From the NCBI RefSeq assembly GCF_001194135.2, contig NC_068983.1, positions 59,094,505-59,142,461 of the forward strand: DNA of 47,957 nucleotides, read 5' to 3'. This document shows, in pieces, positions 47,497 through 47,957 of the stretch. How positions within the stretch are numbered: the stretch's first letter is position 1; every line of letters begins with the position of its first letter. The translations under genes and the position numbers were made by a program. The notes below the pieces were generated by a model that ran no database searches, was not told the origin of the DNA, and saw only the letters and a list, made by a program, of their open reading frames with translations. This stretch comes from Octopus bimaculoides. Taxonomy: Eukaryota.

Positions 47497-47581
47497 ACAT
47501 CCTGATGAAGGGAGTGTCTAATCTCTAATATGAGTACAACACCATATTAATAGATACATCTCAGAAACGGTCCGTAGATGT
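47497..47581 (+). ncRNA. Type-I hammerhead ribozyme motif with long stem II (Penelope-like pLTR remnant)
   Basis: ACATC-CTGATGA-aGGGAGTGTCTA..TAATATG(10-nt loop)CATATTA..TAGATACaTCTCa-GAAA-CGG-t-CCGTA-GATGT: intact core, 5-bp stem I, near-palindromic stem III ACGG/CCGT and a GUA triplet. Confidence 0.72.
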
Positions 47582-47957
47582 AGACTTTTAACTTAACTTT
47601 TATATTATATGTTCTTTTTTTTTTAATCCTGTCCTAATGTACACGTTTTTAATATAATACATGTAAATTTATAACTTCATCATACCGTATATATTTACCC
47701 ATTATATGTTACATCATAATGTACGTTTACATGTAATGTTTTAACTTTAATTGTCATATTTTTATACAACTTAGAAATCATGCATATTTAAAAATATTTT
47801 TTTAATAAATATTTTGAACATTCATGATATTTCTAAAGTTTTTATTGTTGTATTTGCTTGTCTTTTTACCGTACCTTTTAGACACTTTAGAGACTGAATA
47901 CTATAAATTCATTTATCGATTCTTGAAGGAATTGAACACACATATTGTATCTTGCAT

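Overview
AT-rich, repeat-saturated eukaryotic genomic DNA from a gappy short-read assembly (12 N-runs, most next to (TA)n). The SINE families and microsatellite load look like a coleoid cephalopod, most likely Octopus; this is an inference from recalled repeat sequences, not a search. No protein-coding gene could be recognised with confidence. Most of the listed six-frame ORFs are microsatellite or N-run artefacts, and only weak candidate exons exist. The window is intergenic or intronic. It holds many copies of several tRNA-derived SINE families and RTE-type 3'-end repeats, two Tc1/mariner deletion derivatives, piggyBac-like MITEs, decayed LINE fragments (RTE C-terminus, a C2H2-finger tail, a CRE-like endonuclease), and a full-length U2 snRNA retrocopy with a 19-bp target-site duplication. 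The most interesting signal is RNA-structural. There are two well-formed and four degenerate minimal type-I hammerhead ribozyme motifs. One lies in a ~264-bp element related to a young, highly self-complementary 361-bp tandem unit arranged as an inverted array at 35.7-36.6 kb. Together these look like a Penelope/retrozyme-type family with additional conserved structured motifs. Family labels A-G below are my own working names. No CRISPR, rRNA or genuine tRNA gene was seen.
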